A stretch of 63,603 nucleotides of DNA, counting the filler, from Octopus bimaculoides (lineage: Eukaryota): assembly GCF_001194135.2 (NCBI RefSeq). It is 5 parts of 5 records of this genome, joined end to end, with 100 filler letters (N's around TTAATTAATTAA, not from the genome) between each part and the next. Parts side by side here need not be neighbours in the genome. Positions count along the whole stretch, not along the records: positions 1 to 30,896 come from NC_068988.1; positions 30,997 to 43,711 come from NC_068984.1; 3 more parts are not named here. One strand, 5' to 3'. Shown here in pieces: positions 25,892 to 38,206 of the stretch. The translations under genes were made by a program, and so were the position numbers. Position 1 is the stretch's first letter. The number at the start of each line of letters is the position of its first letter. A model generated the notes under the pieces. The model did no database searches, was not told the DNA's origin, and worked only from the letters and a program-made list of their open reading frames with translations.

Positions 25892-26400
25892 TGTATGTAT
25901 ACAAATTCGCTTATACACGATATACGTGTATGGTATTTCACACAGTTAATTGACCCTGTTATAGCAGGCTAATAGTTCCAATCCTATATGTTAAGACCTT
26001 ACATCACAAGATAGAAGTTAGACAGGTTTGTTCTGATTACATGCACTCAGTCTCCCAACATTTCATATATGTGTGTCTTTGTAGTATGTGAGATGAAATT
26101 ATTTATTCATGAATTAGCTCTTACGCGTTTGCTCAGGTAGGAACTTCTGTGAACATGTCCTCCACACCTATACACAATAAACGTGAACTTAACGATTGCT
26201 CACGTCACGGTTGGCATGGAATTGCAATACGAATAGGACATACATGTACACGACCACACACACACACATATGCATAGATAAACACACACATATATATGTA
26301 TACTTATGTATGTATACATTTATATATATATTATATATATATATATACACACATATACATACAGATATATACATATGTATGTATATATATAATCATAGAC

Positions 26401-26443
<43 letters not shown>

Positions 26444-27248
26444 NNNNNNNNNNNNNNNNNNNNNNNNNNNNNNNNNNNNNNNNNNNNNNNNNNNNNNNNN
26501 NNNNNNNNNNNNNNNNNNNNNNNNNNNNNNNNNNNNNNNNNNNNNNNNNNNNNATATATGCATGCAGGTATATATAACCCTGTGTAAATTTTGAAACCAG
26601 CTCATCACCGTAAATTCTCTGGCGGATATATCCGTATATACCGCGCACACACGCACAAACACAAACACACACACACACACACACCCACACACCATTCGAT
26701 TGATGGGGAGACAATCACGTGATACCTTACTGCAATAAGACTGCTACAAAAAGAATAAAGAGAAACAACAATGACAAAAGAAAAACAGCAACAATAGAAC
26801 CAACAAAAAAAAAACAAGTCTATAAGGACACAGCTAATTAATAAGTGATCCGTTGTTATTGATTCCTGTTGGCAGTTAGCCTTCTTGCAGGCTATCAATA
26901 CAAAGATCAATAGAATCTGGTCACTTATCAGTTATGTATTGCACGCAATCGATAACCTCTCCCACCCAACCCACAAACCATTTCCTCTTCTCACCAACCG
27001 GATCAATTGATTTTTTCATTATTTCCTCTTAAGGTTCCATTCTTTCAGGCCTTTCATCTTTTGCCGACAATTTCCCCGAATCGAATTTCTCTCCATCTTA
27101 GCACTACTCCACGTTGGTTATCTTTCTCCCACTTATTTATTTATTTATTTATTCAATTATTTATCTTTTATTATTATTATTATTATTCAACAAATCCATA
27201 TTATCACTATTCCTGTTATCATCATCATCATTATTATTATTATTATTA

Positions 27249-27288
<40 letters not shown>

Positions 27289-27591
27289 ATAGAATTATTG
27301 ATTGAGCTACTCTTCGTTTTAACTCATTCATTACTGTAGTGGTTTTTATCTCTCGACATTACTATACTGTTGCATTGTCCTCTTTCATTCTTAATTTCCT
27401 TCGTTATTTTTTCGTTTTGTTTTGTTTTGTTTTGTTTTGTTTTAATTTTCTAGTGTTTGTGGTGATGTGGTTTGTTGGCGTTATTTCGTTCATTGACTGA
27501 TGTCCTTTTTTTTCGGCCGCCCCACTAACCTCGCAATAAATCCAGTCTTTCTTCGCTCACACAGACAAACACACACACAGACACAGACACA

Positions 27592-27662
<71 letters not shown>

Positions 27663-28222
27663 GCACACAATCACACCTATACACACAAACGGATAACAAA
27701 GTCACATACATATATACGCATATATTTATAGCTTAATGCTGGATATTAATGCAAATTGCAAATTGAGAGAATATCCAGTTATTAATTAAAATATGTTAAA
27801 CCCAACATTCCAGTATTATTAATTTCCCTTTCCATCATGTGGTCTTTCATTCTTATTTCATAATTTCATCTAATATATATGTGCCGTACGAAATGCATAC
27901 CATTAGTGTTCCTCCAGCGAAGTTAAAAGCCGCCAGTCAGTGACTTAGGCACAACCCAATATGTCTCTTGCAGATATTCGAACGCATATCAATCACAGAT
28001 GCATAATGCTACACAATTGTTTGCCACCAACTAACTGTGTTTCATATCATGTCGAAGCAATCGATGAAAAAGCAAGAGACACCAAGGTATTCAAACTGTA
28101 CTTGGTCTACTTCCCCCCGGATAAGCTACTCAGTGTGGTTAGGTTTCGCAAAATAAAAAGAAAAATGGGTAACGAAACCTTTTTGGGGAGTTTCTTGGTC
28201 CGGACGAAAGTCAGTAGAAACT

Positions 28223-28253
<31 letters not shown>

Positions 28254-29727
28254 NNNNNNNNNNNNNNNNNNNNNNNNNNNNNNNNNNNNNNNNNNNNNNN
28301 NNNNNNNNNNNNNNNNNNNNNNNNNNNNNNNNNNNNNNNNNNNNNNNNNNNNNNNNNNNNNNNNNNNNNNNNNNNNNNNNNNNNNNNNNNNNNNNNNNNN
28401 NNNNNNNNNNNNNNNNNNNNNNNNNNNNNNNNNNNNNNNNNNNNNNNNNNNNNNNNNNNNNNNNNNNNNNNNNNNNNNNNNNNNNNNNNNNNNNNNNNNN
28501 NNNNNNNNNNNNNNNNNNNNNNNNNNNNNNNNNNNNNNNNNNNNNNNNNNNNNNNNNNNNNNNNNNNNNNNNNNNNNNNNNNNNNNNNNNNNNNNNNNNN
28601 NNNNNNNNNNNNNNNNNNNNNNNNNNNNNNNNNNNNNNNNNNNNNNNNNNNNNNNNNNNNNNNNNNNNNNNNNNNNNNNNNNNNNNNNNNNNNNNNNNNN
28701 NNNNNNNNNNNNNNTATATATATATATATATATATCCTTAAGGAGTAAAGTCACAAAATCTCTGAGAAATTCCAACGGAATTAGCCGCTCATCAAAGAGA
28801 AAGTAACTCCATACAGTCTCTTTCTTTCTGATAACTACTGGCTTCGTGGCATTTGTTGCACCAGGCGAATAAAATCTATCAGCTTGTGGATTAAAATTAT
28901 CAACGTCTATCTAGACCTATGGTTCACGGACTAAAGACACTTAATCATTAATCAGAAGGAAATGAAACATAGTACTATGTGATATTTGCAAGAAAAATAT
29001 GTGAACTTTCAGATGTGATATTATGAAAGTATTATTCCAGTACGATCGTCTTAAACAAGCGAAACCATTATCCGCTTAGTTAAAAATATACGTATTGACT
29101 TTTAATTTTCTATGAAGAATTTCTCCAAGAAATTGTCTTTCTTATTTGTTCAAGATATATATACACACACATACCTACATATATACATACATACCTAAAC
29201 ACACAAATACATAACTTTTGCCCACAAACATACACTATACACATGCACACTATATGATCTCAGTAATACACACGCACGCATGCAGACACACACGCAGAAA
29301 CACGTTAGCTTCACATACTCACACATATACACACGTCCATAAAGGCGTGCACACACACACACACACAAAACGCACATCACTCCACACAACACATAAATTA
29401 GGTTACTAGTAGACACACACACACTCAGGCTAATGCAATTGCACACATACATGATAATGGGACACTTACACACATACACACATACAGATGTCCACATATT
29501 TTTCTATTCGCCCACTCAATCATACTCACTCATGCAGCCCCATTCTCACATACCCAAGCACGTGCGAGACTAAATTCTTTTCGACCGAGTTACCGTCCTT
29601 ATCTCCCTTTCATTCAACCTCTTTCCTTTGACTATTTTGTTATGTTGAGCTGTTAATCTCTACGGAACATTTTACTCTCTCCGCTTTTTTTCATTCCCTC
29701 TCTCCTTTTTTTTTCCCTCTTAACCCC

Positions 29728-29760
29728 ATCTGCCAAAGAGCGTAGGCTCGAAGCGTAAAA
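29728..29760 (+). ncRNA. Hammerhead relic in Penelope-LTR-like context
   Basis: Intact stem II GAGC-GTAG-GCTC followed by GAAGCGTA (GAAA mutated); the upstream core has decayed to CTGCCAAA. Confidence 0.3.
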
Positions 29761-30275
29761 TATTTTTCCATTCTTCCTGAGCGTTAAAATAATACACCTC
29801 TGAGACATCGGCCTCGGCAATAACATCCCGGTCTCGTGACATTTCCGCTCTATCGGTCACTCACTACAACACCTGTCTGTGTTTTCGATTGTCTTTGGAC
29901 AGGGGCCATCCGGATTTCCACCTTCTTAGTGAACAAGAATCAATCTTCTCTCTTCGCTCCTTTGCATCACATGGGCTCAACTTCCCTCCTCTCTTCAGCT
30001 TATTCCCCTCCTCTCTTCAGCTAATTCCCCTCCTCTCCTCTCCTTTCCTCTTCATGATACCTACTTCCCATCTTCAGTCCTACCCACTTCTCCTCTCCTC
30101 TTCCTCTAACAACTACTTTCTCTCTTCACTCTTACTCACCTCCTCTCTCCAATGATACCAATCTCCACTCCCACCCCCACCCCTCATCGTATCAGTCAGG
30201 ACCAATAGATTGGCCTGAGCGTTTCCTAACCCAGGTTGAGTGTTGGATTCATCACTTTGGGCCACAGACATATTC

Positions 30276-30523
30276 TTACGAACATTTCACCATTTTGGAC
30301 GTTTGGAACTTGCATTACACGTTCGAAGTGCATGCGAATGCATGACATCAATTGACCCTGTGGGAACACTATTATTGCATTATGTTGCAGAGAATTAATA
30401 GTCGCTGACATTGGTACGCTGTACTTATATTAGTTCTCGGTAACGATATTACTTCTGATGGTTCCTAGTAGTTAAGCATCCAACGAATAGTTCCAAACAT
30501 CCAAAATGTTGAAACGTGCGTAA
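30276..30523. mobile_element. MITE-like element with about 35-bp TIRs and terminal TA
   Basis: TTACGAACATTTCACCATTTTGGACGTTTGGAACT (30276-30310) against AGTTCCAAACATCCAAAATGTTGAAACGTGCGTAA (30489-30523). Confidence 0.6.
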
Positions 30524-30896
30524 AAAGCAAATGATATAAATGTGTTTATCATAATTTCTCCCACGTTTGTTTTATATATCATAACTACTAATTCTGCAAA
30601 GTATAATATTTACCTAACGACCATTACTAAAGAATAATAATCTACGTGGACCGTTAACATACCAAAAGCAATCGTAATCTATTCGTACGTACAAGATGCA
30701 CAATCTATGATTATACACGTATATAAACAATTATGTTTACGACACAACGCTACGTTCATTAAAACTGAAACTTCTGAAAATCATACAAATAGGAAGCAGG
30801 TTAAGAGTATTAATTTCAACCTAAGTAAATCTTCATATATACTCTCGGCGCATTTTAAACCTCATATATTCCCCATGTATATGTATACATATATAT

Positions 30897-30996
30897 NNNN
30901 NNNNNNNNNNNNNNNNNNNNNNNNNNNNNNNNNNNNNNNNTTAATTAATTAANNNNNNNNNNNNNNNNNNNNNNNNNNNNNNNNNNNNNNNNNNNN
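30897..30996. other. Artificial scaffold pad (44 N + TTAATTAATTAA + 44 N)
   Basis: The identical construct recurs at 43756, 55465 and 59458; the 12-mer gives stops in all six frames. Confidence 0.95.
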
Positions 30997-32286
30997 CATT
31001 GTGATTTCTGCAATGTGGTGCATAAATTGTCAAGTAAATGAGATGCATCTTTGCCTCCACTGATTCACTTGCAAAGTGTTGAGTAAAATTATTTCGTTGC
31101 AGACCTCCTTTGAGTCTTTTTATTATCACTGCGACACACATAGTCCCCAGTTGGTAACATTAATTTCAAGGCCTTTCCAGATGAGAGACTGGCATTCCAC
31201 TTAATGTCTATGTTCCATGCTGGCATGGATTGGAGAGTTATTAATGTAGAAATATGGTATCGTAGCTACTAACAGTTGAGGGTTGCGTAGTCTAGACGGC
31301 GTTTTTAGATTTCATTATTCTCTTTAACCCGGGCAAAGCCGGGTATTTCTGCTAGTACTTCATAAATAGGACAGGAACACATAAACGATGAAAGTGCAAC
31401 ATCTGCTGCTATTTGCTAATGAACATAATTTCATGTTAATATAACTATTATCATTATATCTTTTAATGCATAAATTTACAAACCTGCATGACATATTTTA
31501 TTATGTCAAGCATTTTGATTGTGCCTGGGATTTGAACACACAAATGCTGAATAATATGGACCTTCTCTCTCTCTTCCCCCCCTCCTCCTTTCTGATTTTC
31601 TCTCTTGTTTTCTCTTTTTATTTTTCACTGATTCCGCTATTTCAGTCTGTCTTTTTCCTTCTCTTTATATATTTTTCCATTTAAGTTATTACCTCCCTTG
31701 ATGTAACACATGGATAAAACAGCAAAAAAAAACCCACTGGAAGAAGCAGATTAATATGATGATAATGATAATGATGATGATGATAATGATAATGATGATG
31801 ATGATGATGATAATAATGATTAGGAGGAAGAGGAGGAATAAGGTTGTGGTAGTGATGATGGTGATTGGTTGTGATGATGGTGATTGGTTGTGATGATGGG
31901 GATGATGATAATTTTTATAAAAGAAAGCATCTCAATTACTGTTATGTAGTTTCAGTATAGTGAGACAAGAATTTTTTACAGCAAAATAGCATTGAAGACA
32001 ACAGACCAACACCAATCAATACAAACATTGCTGCAAAAGAGCAAGCAAAAGGGATTCTATTTACAGTCGTCTTCCACCAGTTTCTATGTTGCCAATGTTT
32101 CAACCTTAAAGGTCGTTTGCAATCAGTAATCATTATATCATATATAGTTTATTTAATACGAGAAAATTTTTTTCCTGTGCTGTCTTGTGTCATAGTTCAG
32201 ACATTACTATACACATATTGTATCAATTCAAAAATCATTTCATTATTGCTGCTGCTGCTGTTGCTGTTGTTGTTGTTGTTGTTGTT

Positions 32287-32334
<48 letters not shown>

Positions 32335-32525
32335 AGTATCTATATTATTCATAGCTTCAGAAGCTCATCCAGATTTTTCTTTCCTGAGCAAGAATTATGT
32401 AAATCTTGGAAAACACACATAAAGATGTCCAAGGTTAATAAATATGCTCAAGGTTAACCAATGTTGTATAAGATTGTTTTATCATCATTATCATTATCAT
32501 TTCATTGTTATTGCTGTTTCATTAA

Positions 32526-32741
32526 GGTGGAGAGCTGGCAGAATTACTGCTGTGCCAGACAAAACTTTTAGCGGCATTTATTCCATCTTTATGCTCTGAG
32601 TTCAGATGCTGCCATTGTCCACTCTACCTTTCATTCTTTTAGGATTGATGAAATAAGTGCCTGTTGCATACTAGGTGGGGTGGGGTATAATTGTCCACCC
32701 CCTCCCCTAAAATTTCAGGCTCTGTGTTTATAGTTCAAAGG

Positions 32742-32742
<1 letters not shown>
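32526..32742 (+). mobile_element. SINE family A with (TTA)n tail
   Basis: GAGCTGGCAGAATT head, CTACCTTTCATTCTTTT core, CCCCTAAAATTTCAGGC tail. Confidence 0.75.
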
Positions 32743-32799
<57 letters not shown>

Positions 32800-32800
<1 letters not shown>

Positions 32801-33345
32801 TGCTAAGTGAGAGAGCAGCGCATGCCATCAAAGTGTCACCGGGGTAAAATATACAGAACCCAGTATACCTGTCTGATAAGGGTAGACCAGGTATATGCAT
32901 CACAGCCATATGAGTGCAACATGGTGATTTCATATCAAGATACACAGCTCATGACCTTGCAGGTGAAGCCCAGTAAGAATTTTCTTCATGTCGAGTAGCC
33001 CATCCCGCTCAAAAGGTCCCTGAATAAGGATTGTTTGAGGATGATGAATGAAACACCCATGTTTCCAGATGTGAATTGGTCAAACACCAAAGAATTCCTC
33101 TCAACACATGGTTATGATGTCCCGACCCCCACCCCACTGAGATGAACATATCCTCAGCCATTATTGGACATGCTCGACTGGTTAAGGTCAAGCAACTGAC
33201 AAGCAAATCTGTGGTATTGAGCAGAATATTTGCTGTAACCCATCTTTTATACCAAGACAAAACAAGGTACATGATAACACTTCCAATCATTTAAGATCAG
33301 AAGCCATGAGAGCCACTGCCTGGTACTGCATCAGGACATTTCATC
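32800..33345 (-). mobile_element. Interspersed repeat, probable non-LTR 3' end bounded by (TAA)n; homologous copy near 53190-53400 (+)
   Basis: GTCAAGCAACTGACAAGCAAATC...GAGCAGAATAT reverse-complements to about 53230-53280. Confidence 0.6.
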
Positions 33346-33363
33346 TTATTATTATTATTTATT

Positions 33364-34095
33364 GTCTTTGCACAGCTTCTAACGCTGGAAATGTGCTGTG
33401 TTGCCAGCTGTTCACTACCAGTAAACTAAGGTAACACCCCTTATTTTTTGAGCACCATCCGGAGTATTTGAGTGGTTCCAAGCAGTGCTGTTTTCTGCAA
33501 GTACTTCACCCTTATTGCAACCCCTATTTGTTCCATGTGCTTCTCAAGATTTTTGCTCACTGTTCCCAGGGCTCCAACAATTATTGGTATAACTACCACC
33601 CTTTCAGCAACCACAACTGCTTAACCTCCCAAGCTAACCTGTCATATCTATTGACTTTTCTTTCTTCCTTATTGCATACCTTGTTGTCAGCTAGGCATAC
33701 TATATCTATGATCCAGCATAGTCTGCTTTCTTTCTCAATTAACACTATGTCTGATTTCCTGTTCTCTTTCTCATGATTGCACTGAATCATAAAATCCCAT
33801 AAGATCTTTCCATTATCATTTTCGATGATACTTTTGGGTTTATGTTCGTACCACTTTTTTGCTCTGTTAAGTCCATACTTGTTGCAAATGGTCCAATGGA
33901 CAATCTTTGCTATGTTATCATGACGTCTCTTATATTCCTTCTGGGCTAGTGGTGTATATTGACTGGTAATATGCCATACGGTTTCACCATTTTGTCCACA
34001 AATTCTGCACTTATCACTTTCTAATGTGTTGTCTATTTTCTATTTGATGTAATTGGTTCTTAATGCTTGCTCTTGGGCAGCACAGATTAGAGCTT

Positions 34096-34098
<3 letters not shown>
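33364..34098 (-). mobile_element. R4/Dong-type RLE non-LTR retrotransposon 3' fragment in (TAA)n
   Basis: AAQEQALRTN, C-x2-C...E-T-x-x-H zinc knuckle, RRHD motif, KSDIVL...IIDI endonuclease, VGALG; (TAT)n on both flanks. Confidence 0.9.
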
Positions 34099-34157
<59 letters not shown>

Positions 34158-35283
34158 TGTGATAATAATTGTTTCTGTTTTAGAGATAGGGTTGGTGATA
34201 CCATAGACCCCAACACATGACGAGCTGTTTATTTATCAATCCTGATTGAACAAAAGACAAAAGTTAAGCAATGTGGGATTTTAACTCAGTATAAAAAAAA
34301 AACCTGAAAGAAATACCTCAAGGCACTTTTGTGATGCTTTAACAATTCCACCCTTCAATTCAGTAAGCACTATTATTATGGAAAGCTCAATGGGGACCAA
34401 AAGTATTTTAAACAGAGATTCTAATAAACCACTTATAATCATAAAGAATCAAGTTAGAAATATTAGCAAGAGACTATAGAATGTGTTATTTATTATATCT
34501 TCTAACAAATAGATTTTGAAAATGTACATTCCACTGTAAGAATGATGCCTTGTATTATTTAGTTTCTAAGAGAAAGAAATTAGAAGACAAGGTATACAGA
34601 AAAATGGAAAAAAAAATAGGAAAAAAAAAAAGAAAAGAAAAGATAAATATTCTGGTTCCCAAGAGTAAAACACAATGAATTTAGTAACATTTAAACTCAT
34701 GACTATGTAGTATGTAGTCAGGCATTTTAACTGCGACAGTTATTGTACCTCAGATTGAAGAATGGGAACTGATGTGATTGATTTATGAAACAATGTAATA
34801 CAAAAAAAAAAAGTTCAAAGAATTGACATTAGTGCACTATTGTTAAATTGTTGCACAACTTTGGACAATACCGTTGGGATTTATAATGGAATAACTATAT
34901 TTATAGACAATTGCATAATGTTCTAGTCCAAACACACACCTTCAGATTTATTCGTTAGCCAAATAAATGCATCTCAACCATATACAGTCGAAACCATTTA
35001 TTATATTCACAGATGATGTTAGCATAGTCGCAGGCATAACTATGTGGTAAGAAGCTTGCTTCCCAACCCCATAGTTTTAGGTTCAGTCTCAACTACATCG
35101 AACTTTGGACAAGTATTATTGCTCTGGGCTAACCGAAGCCTTAAGAGAGGAAACTGAAAGTAACCTGTGTGTGTATGTATTCTGCATTAAATAAAGAAAC
35201 AATAACAGGTGAAAGTTCTGCAAATAATGATAATAATAATTATAAGCTTAAAGCTTATAAACATTTACCATGTATTGTCTCTG

Positions 35284-35345
35284 AAGAAAATAGTCTAATA
35301 TTGGGGCTTGGGGCTTATTATGCCCCAATATTAGGCTATTTTCTT
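35284..35345. repeat. 24-bp stem hairpin with 14-nt loop
   Basis: AAGAAAATAGTCTAATATTGGGGC / GCCCCAATATTAGGCTATTTTCTT, one G-U pair. Confidence 0.85.
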
Positions 35346-35456
35346 TAGCCAATAGATGGTGAATACTTATAAGCTTTTAACCTTACAATTATCATCATTA
35401 TTTACAGAATATATAAGTGTGTGTGTATGTATGAATATATATGTATATATATGTGC

Positions 35457-35496
<40 letters not shown>

Positions 35497-35511
35497 GTAT
35501 ATATCTATATA

Positions 35512-35821
35512 CAGTGGCAGACTGGGTCTAAAAAGGTTACCAGGAGACTAAGGAGGCCCACCTGTAACTACAAGGGGGCCCACCCACAACTACAGTGCTG
35601 TCATTTAATTTTTTTTTTTTTTTTTAACTATTCTTTTCAACTGTCTACAAACACAGCCAGGCTGAAATAATTAGGGCATTCTTCCAGGAGTGAATTAAAA
35701 ATTCTCAAACTTGAGGGAATGGGCCCCTTAGATACTAACACAGGCCCCCATATATGGATTCTAATGGCACAGAGGCCCACTTGCCATTGAACAAGCTGGC
35801 AACCTGGCCAGTCCACCACTG
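35512..35821. mobile_element. hAT-type MITE, 310 bp
   Basis: TIR CAGTGGCAGACTGG / CCAGTCCACCACTG (12/14); 8-bp TSD TCTATATA / CCTATATA (7/8). Confidence 0.75.
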
Positions 35822-35854
35822 CCTATATATTTAATCTATCTATCTATCTATTTA

Positions 35855-35886
<32 letters not shown>

Positions 35887-35940
35887 CTGTCTGTCTATCT
35901 ATCTATATGGGTGTGTGTGCGTGTATATATATATATATAT

Positions 35941-35978
<38 letters not shown>

Positions 35979-36007
35979 TTAACATCTATGTTCTATGCTA
36001 TACGTTG

Positions 36008-36104
36008 CCTGTAATGGGGTTGACCAATGTCCAGTGTTCGATATAATTGGTCAGTTAACTGACCAATATATCAAATGCTAGACCTTGGTCAATCCCATTA
36101 CAGG
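36008..36104. repeat. 97-bp near-perfect loopless palindrome
   Basis: Perfect core ATTGGTCAGTTAACTGACCAAT; outer arms CCTGTAATGGGGTTGACCAA / TTGGTCAATCCCATTACAGG (19/20). Confidence 0.9.
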
Positions 36105-36502
36105 AAATAGGTGGTTGGACTTTACAACATATCAGTAAGTAAATAATTGAAATTAATTGTTGGGCACTTCATTATGATAAACTATTAATTAGTCTTATAA
36201 ACATAATTATTAAGAACTATTATGATTACTTCAAAACATTATGGCATTCTCACTCCTTCTTTGACTAAACCTGTTGGTGTATCCCGTTATTGTAAATTTT
36301 ATTATTTTTACTTTTTTTTTATTACTTATCCACCCTGTTACCTCCATAGAAAAATTAACCCACCAATTCCTATTTTAAGTTTAGTCATTTACTCAATGTC
36401 CCAAAGTGACACATAAGCAAAATGGTATGATTCAAACATATTAAGCCTTTCCTTTTCCTCTCTTGGCTCTTCTTTTCTTTTCTTTTTATGAATGTAATTT
36501 TC

Positions 36503-36624
36503 TTCACTCTGATGAAGCTCCATGTTCCAGATCGGATTTATTACCAAATATGATGTATATTATTTTTAGCATATCAATGGCAATACCATATAACATTGGA
36601 AGCAGAAACAGCTGTTAGATGGGA
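36503..36624 (+). ncRNA. Hammerhead-like motif with extended stem II
   Basis: CTGATGA (36509-36515), A, GCTCCATGTT...AACATTGGAAGC, A, GAAA, palindromic CAGCTG, TT; bulged stem I TCACT/AGATGG. Confidence 0.5.
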
Positions 36625-38127
36625 TGCAGTCTATTTGTATTGAATTAAAAAATAATAATTCTGTTTACTTTAAATTTATACTCTATTGTGTCTGGGGAGA
36701 GTCATTCTCTTTTAGTGCCTTATAATTTAACACACCTACCTGTAAAATGAGAGAGACCACTAAGCAATTTCTTGATATGCAAGACATAACAACAGAATTA
36801 CCTGAGAATCATACCCTTCTGTCTTATTTTAATAATAAATAGCACATTCGATATTTTTATCATCACTGTGTAACATCTATTGTCCATGTTGGCATGGGTT
36901 GAACAGTTTGACTAGGGCTTGTAAGCTGAGGGGCTGCACCAGACTCAAAATGGAAAAGATAACCACATCTAGAATACCATGGTCAGAACTAATCTAGGGC
37001 AGGATAAACAACAAGATCAATAGCAACAACAACAACAACTACATTTGTAGAAACACTAACAACTTCAATGATTTCAAACCATTTACCATTGTGACCCAAA
37101 ATAGTGGCAGTGGAATTAAGGAATTTCACTGGCACCTTTCTATATAGTTCACACTGAAGGGCATTCTCTTCAACAGCTGACATCAGGAGAAACAATAATT
37201 TTGAATTCTTCTGACAATTTTGCTTCTGCTTTCAATGCTAAACATTGTTGATGCTATCAAGAAATGTCCAAGTTCTTCTGCCTTCACTTGTACAGCCAGC
37301 TGTTACTGGTGGATAATTATGGGTGGCAGCATTGCCATGATTAGGCTTATACAGTTTTTCTGCTTTTACCGTTTTCTCATCCTTGATTCTGCAGAAAATC
37401 CAGGATGTAACGAATAGAAAGAGAGAGGGAGTATATCTATATAAGAAAACCAGGCTGATCTCATTTAGAGGATGAATAGAATGAAAGAATGTGAAATAAA
37501 GCATCTTGTTCAAGGAAAATATATTCTATTGGTCGAAGAATCGATGATCTTACAATTATGAGCCCAACATTTTAACCATTGAGCACACATTTTCCCACCC
37601 TCGTACAAGCACTCTTTTACACAAAGTTCCATACAGCCAGAAGCACTTAAACCATGTAACAACTATTTTGTTTTACTCACTGAGGGTATCTTCTTTACTC
37701 TCACTTTTACTCTTTCTCTCATGTAGCCCATCCATATTCACGATACTGCAGTTCCTGTTTCTCCATTCTGTTTGCAAATCACTGCTCAGCTCTTCTTTCC
37801 ATGTCCAGTGCCAAACAGGCAGAATATTGTTGATCTAACTACAAACCCATGATGTCTCACCTCAACTGGAAGTACCACAAATGCTCATCATCATGCCTCA
37901 CATGATTCCCAAAGTCCTTCAGACCATTCTTTTTGAGAGTGCATACCATTTTACCTTCCAAATCACATTTAACTCAACACAACACTCAAGATATTTTTAA
38001 GTCAGCCTTGCTATAAAGTCAAAGTTCTCCTTCCATTAGGATACATTTAGCATTTCATGCTAGCTCTTGAATTTTCATTTACAGTAAAGGTTAATGTTGT
38101 GCTGTGACTTTTATGCCTATGGCTTAT

Positions 38128-38206
<79 letters not shown>

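Noticed and set aside
30941-30952. TTAATTAATTAA as a biological motif
   Set aside because: It is always centred in 44+44 N, so it is a synthetic six-frame stop linker.
35281-35350. Hammerhead (CTGAAGA followed by a long stem)
   Set aside because: There is no GAAA or stem III after the hairpin.
36989-37400. Exon after the strong minus-strand acceptor TTTTCTGCAG
   Set aside because: The best frame is interrupted by TAG-CAT-TGA and no family was recognised; possibly a decayed element.
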